DNA of 64,000 nucleotides, taken from assembly GCA_036172245.1 (NCBI GenBank), contig JAYWIR010000001.1, positions 11,346,001-11,410,000 on the forward strand, given 5' to 3'. The notes beneath the pieces were generated by a model that was given only the letters and a program-made list of their open reading frames with translations, was not told where the DNA came from and searched no databases. Positions 61,291 through 64,000 of the stretch are shown in pieces (the stretch's first letter is position 1; every line of letters begins with the position of its first letter). Both the position numbers and the translations under genes were made by a program. Source of the DNA: Raillietiella orientalis (lineage: Eukaryota).

Positions 61291-62539
61291 CTTTCCATTT
61301 GCTTACCCTCGGCATGCCCTCTCGGATTTTCCCAAGGGGCTGAGGGGAAAGATGACGGCGACGGCGGTGGTGGCGAAACGCGCGCTCCACACGCCTCCCT
61401 CGGTGCCCCCCGGTTTTCCGCCGAACGCGACAAGTGGGGAATGCCGGAGGGGAGGGGAGGGGGGAGAAGTCCTGCGCGCGGAAGTCAGAAAAGAAGAGGA
61501 CGGTCCACTGAGCAGCAGCATCCAACCTCACAGGCTTTCCGTGAGGCGGCCACTTTCGCGAGGGCCTTTGGGCGGGGCCCTTCTGTTGCAGCACGCACGC
61601 GCGCGCTCGGCCGCCTCGAGGACCACATCCTCAGCTGCCCTCGACCGGGAAGCAAGGATGAGACTCTCGTCCTTCGCAGAGGCGGGCGACGGAAGGGCAC
61701 ATCTTCCGGAAGAAGGGCAGGGGAGGGGAGGTAATTCTGCAGGGTTGCACGCTGCCGGGAGGGGCGTCGCGGTGCTGCTCGGCGCACGCTCCCTGGGCCA
61801 CCGCTTCTTGCGGGAGGGGATGTTCCCGCTCCCGTTTTCCGCTTCCTCTTGAATTCGCTTCCGGGACGCGCGGGGCGTTCCCTTCCATCCCACGACTCCC
61901 GCATAGTCCTCACGGAGCTCCGTCGAAACGCTAGTGACAGCGGCAGCAGCAGCCTACGCGCCCGTCGCTCTCCTCCCGCGCCCTCCCCCAAAAGCTGATC
62001 CCAAAGGAGCTGGGGGGTAAGGAGGCAATCCTCTTCCCCTTCATCTTCCTCACCCTCTGCGGTTTTCCTCTTTCCGCGAACCCTGCGCTTCCGTCTGAGC
62101 CTGCTTTGGTCTGAGGTGGAAGAAGAAAAAGGGGGAAAATGGCGCCGGCGTTTCCTAACAGAAAAAAAAAAAAAAACTTCGCTTTCTTTTTTTTCTTCTG
62201 CCCTTCTGAGCACGTGTGTGTGCGTGCGTGTGTTGGATTGAAATCTAACGTAGTACCAACCGAATGGTTGTGGCCCAAATATGGCCGTCCCACTTACAGG
62301 AACACCGGCGAGAAGGCGAAGACGACGGTGGGGAGGAAAAGGACGCTTCTATCTCGACAGCTGCTGTAGCCCGCGCGTACGGCACACGCGTCCAGATGAT
62401 TGCCCTATGCAGAGGAGGCAGCTCGCTGTGCTCCCCGGAAGACACTTCGTAGGTCGCCGCCGAGCAGCTGCAGCGCCCCCCGCAACGGGCGCAGCTTCGG
62501 GAGCATTACGCGGGGCATGCACAAGAGCTGGGAGGAACC

Positions 62540-63650
62540 GCCGGAAGCTCCCGAAGCTCCATGGAGTCCACATCGCTCTTCAAGCTCCCGGGAGATACTC
62601 CTGGGGGATGGTGAGCAACGATGAGGTCCCGCGTAAAGAACGTTCGGGTCCGCGGCTTGCGAGGGGAACTCGAAACTATACCGCCGATTAAAGGAAAACC
62701 CTTGCCCAAGTCCCAACGACGGCCCGGAGAACGAAGACCCAGCAGCTACCTACGTCTTTTTTCGTCTTCCCAAGAATGCTGGTCAGGAATGTCTGCTGTT
62801 CCATGAACGCCACGCGCTCCGCCTGTAGGATAGCAGGGCAGCCTGGAAGTTCCAAAGGCGCAGAAGACCCCACGAACCGGCGAAATCTTCCCGAATGCTG
62901 CCATCGGCAGAAAGTCTCCCCCCCCCCTCCTCTGCATAGGGCAATCCTCCGCCCAGTTGTATGACCGCCTACGCTGTCGCCAGAGACCAGGGTTGGGTGC
63001 TCGGTGGAGAGCAGCCGCCGAGCCTCCGGTGAAGCTCAGGCAGACGTCGTCGCTCTTCGCCGCAGCCGGCGGCCGCCCGGCTACGTGCGTAGCGAGGCAG
63101 GGCGTGCGCTTTTTTTTTGCACGAGCTCGCTGATGCACCCAACAGCCCGGGAGGAGGAAGAGGGGAAAGCAAACGCGCATGCCTCTACCGGCATCCTGAC
63201 CGTCGCATTCATTTAAGCGCGCTTGTCAGCATCGATCTGCGCGTGGCGCGAGCTGCTGCTCATCTCACGCAAAAGTGCACAGGATATGAAGGGGGCAGAA
63301 GGGTTCGCAATTGAGCTTCCCAGACAGCGCTCCCGGTTGCATCGCCTGTGGCCCACGAGGTGCCTTCCGGATGTGCATGGCCGCTCCAAAGTCCGAGCAA
63401 CGCAAGTCACCGCCTGTGAAGCGCGTTCCCTTCCTAATGGGCAGAATTTGTCGAAATCCACTCGAGATGGTGGCAGTTGAGACGGATCATGCATCAAGCG
63501 GGGGCGGGCCCCCGATACGGCTGCGGTGGTTTCTTGCGTCCAATGGGGGAGGGTACTTGTACCGTACCAAAGAGTGCCGTCCATCTCGCCACGCTCCCTT
63601 CGCGGTCCATAGTCGAAGAAGGTTCTCTTCCCTTCGGGACGGGGAGGCCG
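62540..63650 (+). mobile_element. Decayed PLE RT relic (N-terminal motif to motif E)
   Basis: RKLPKLHGVHIALQAPG at 62541-62591 (cf. YGLPKIHK..PLRP), AQLYDRL, GAEGFAIELP (cf. Q.EG.AMGSP), and PPIRLRWFLASNGGGYLY. Confidence 0.6.
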
Positions 63651-64000
63651 ACCAAGAGACCATCGTGGGCTGCTGCGCGCGACGTCTGCGATTCTCGGCG
63701 CCTCCACCACTAAAGGTGAGGCCGAGCGCTTCAGAGCGTGTGGGTTCAGCAACTGCCTCCGCAGCCGCTCAAGAGGCAACCAGCGCTTCTTCGCTGTTCG
63801 TTTCCTCTTTCCCAGCTGCTCCTTTTCCAAGCGATTTTACCCCGTCCTAGCTGGCGCTCAGGCATTTTTGCTGCATCAGAGTTGCATTTCCGCTGACGAG
63901 CCGTCCAGCGTGTTCGCACGCGCAGTCCCTCCTCCTACACGGTCGCCATTTTGGTGACCCTGACAGAAACAACCCAGGTACGCGCGGCGACTCTGACACC

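Overview
This is eukaryotic, probably invertebrate-animal, genomic DNA; no prokaryotic operons, rRNA, CRISPR arrays or intact tRNA genes were seen. It has two compartments. (1) Three AT-richer islands (about 1.0-2.4, 11.3-18.3 and 24.6-27.9 kb) carry spliced genes with very short GT-AG introns (candidates 25-69 nt). The only model I can build cleanly is a ~301-324 aa protein on the minus strand (14353-13336) with no family I recognise. A second gene-like locus shows a sushi/CCP-like motif. (2) A GC/CpG-rich compartment makes up most of the window and produces hundreds of spurious ORFs. Much of it reads as about 20 heavily eroded Penelope-like retroelement (PLE) relics, with RT motifs and GIY-YIG endonuclease remnants in correct order on both strands. 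It also holds three copies of a ~750-nt SINE-like element (tRNA-like head, RTE-like 3' end, (AAG)n tail), microsatellites and two perfect palindromes. All protein-family calls were made by eye against remembered consensus motifs and need HMM confirmation. Relic boundaries are approximate.
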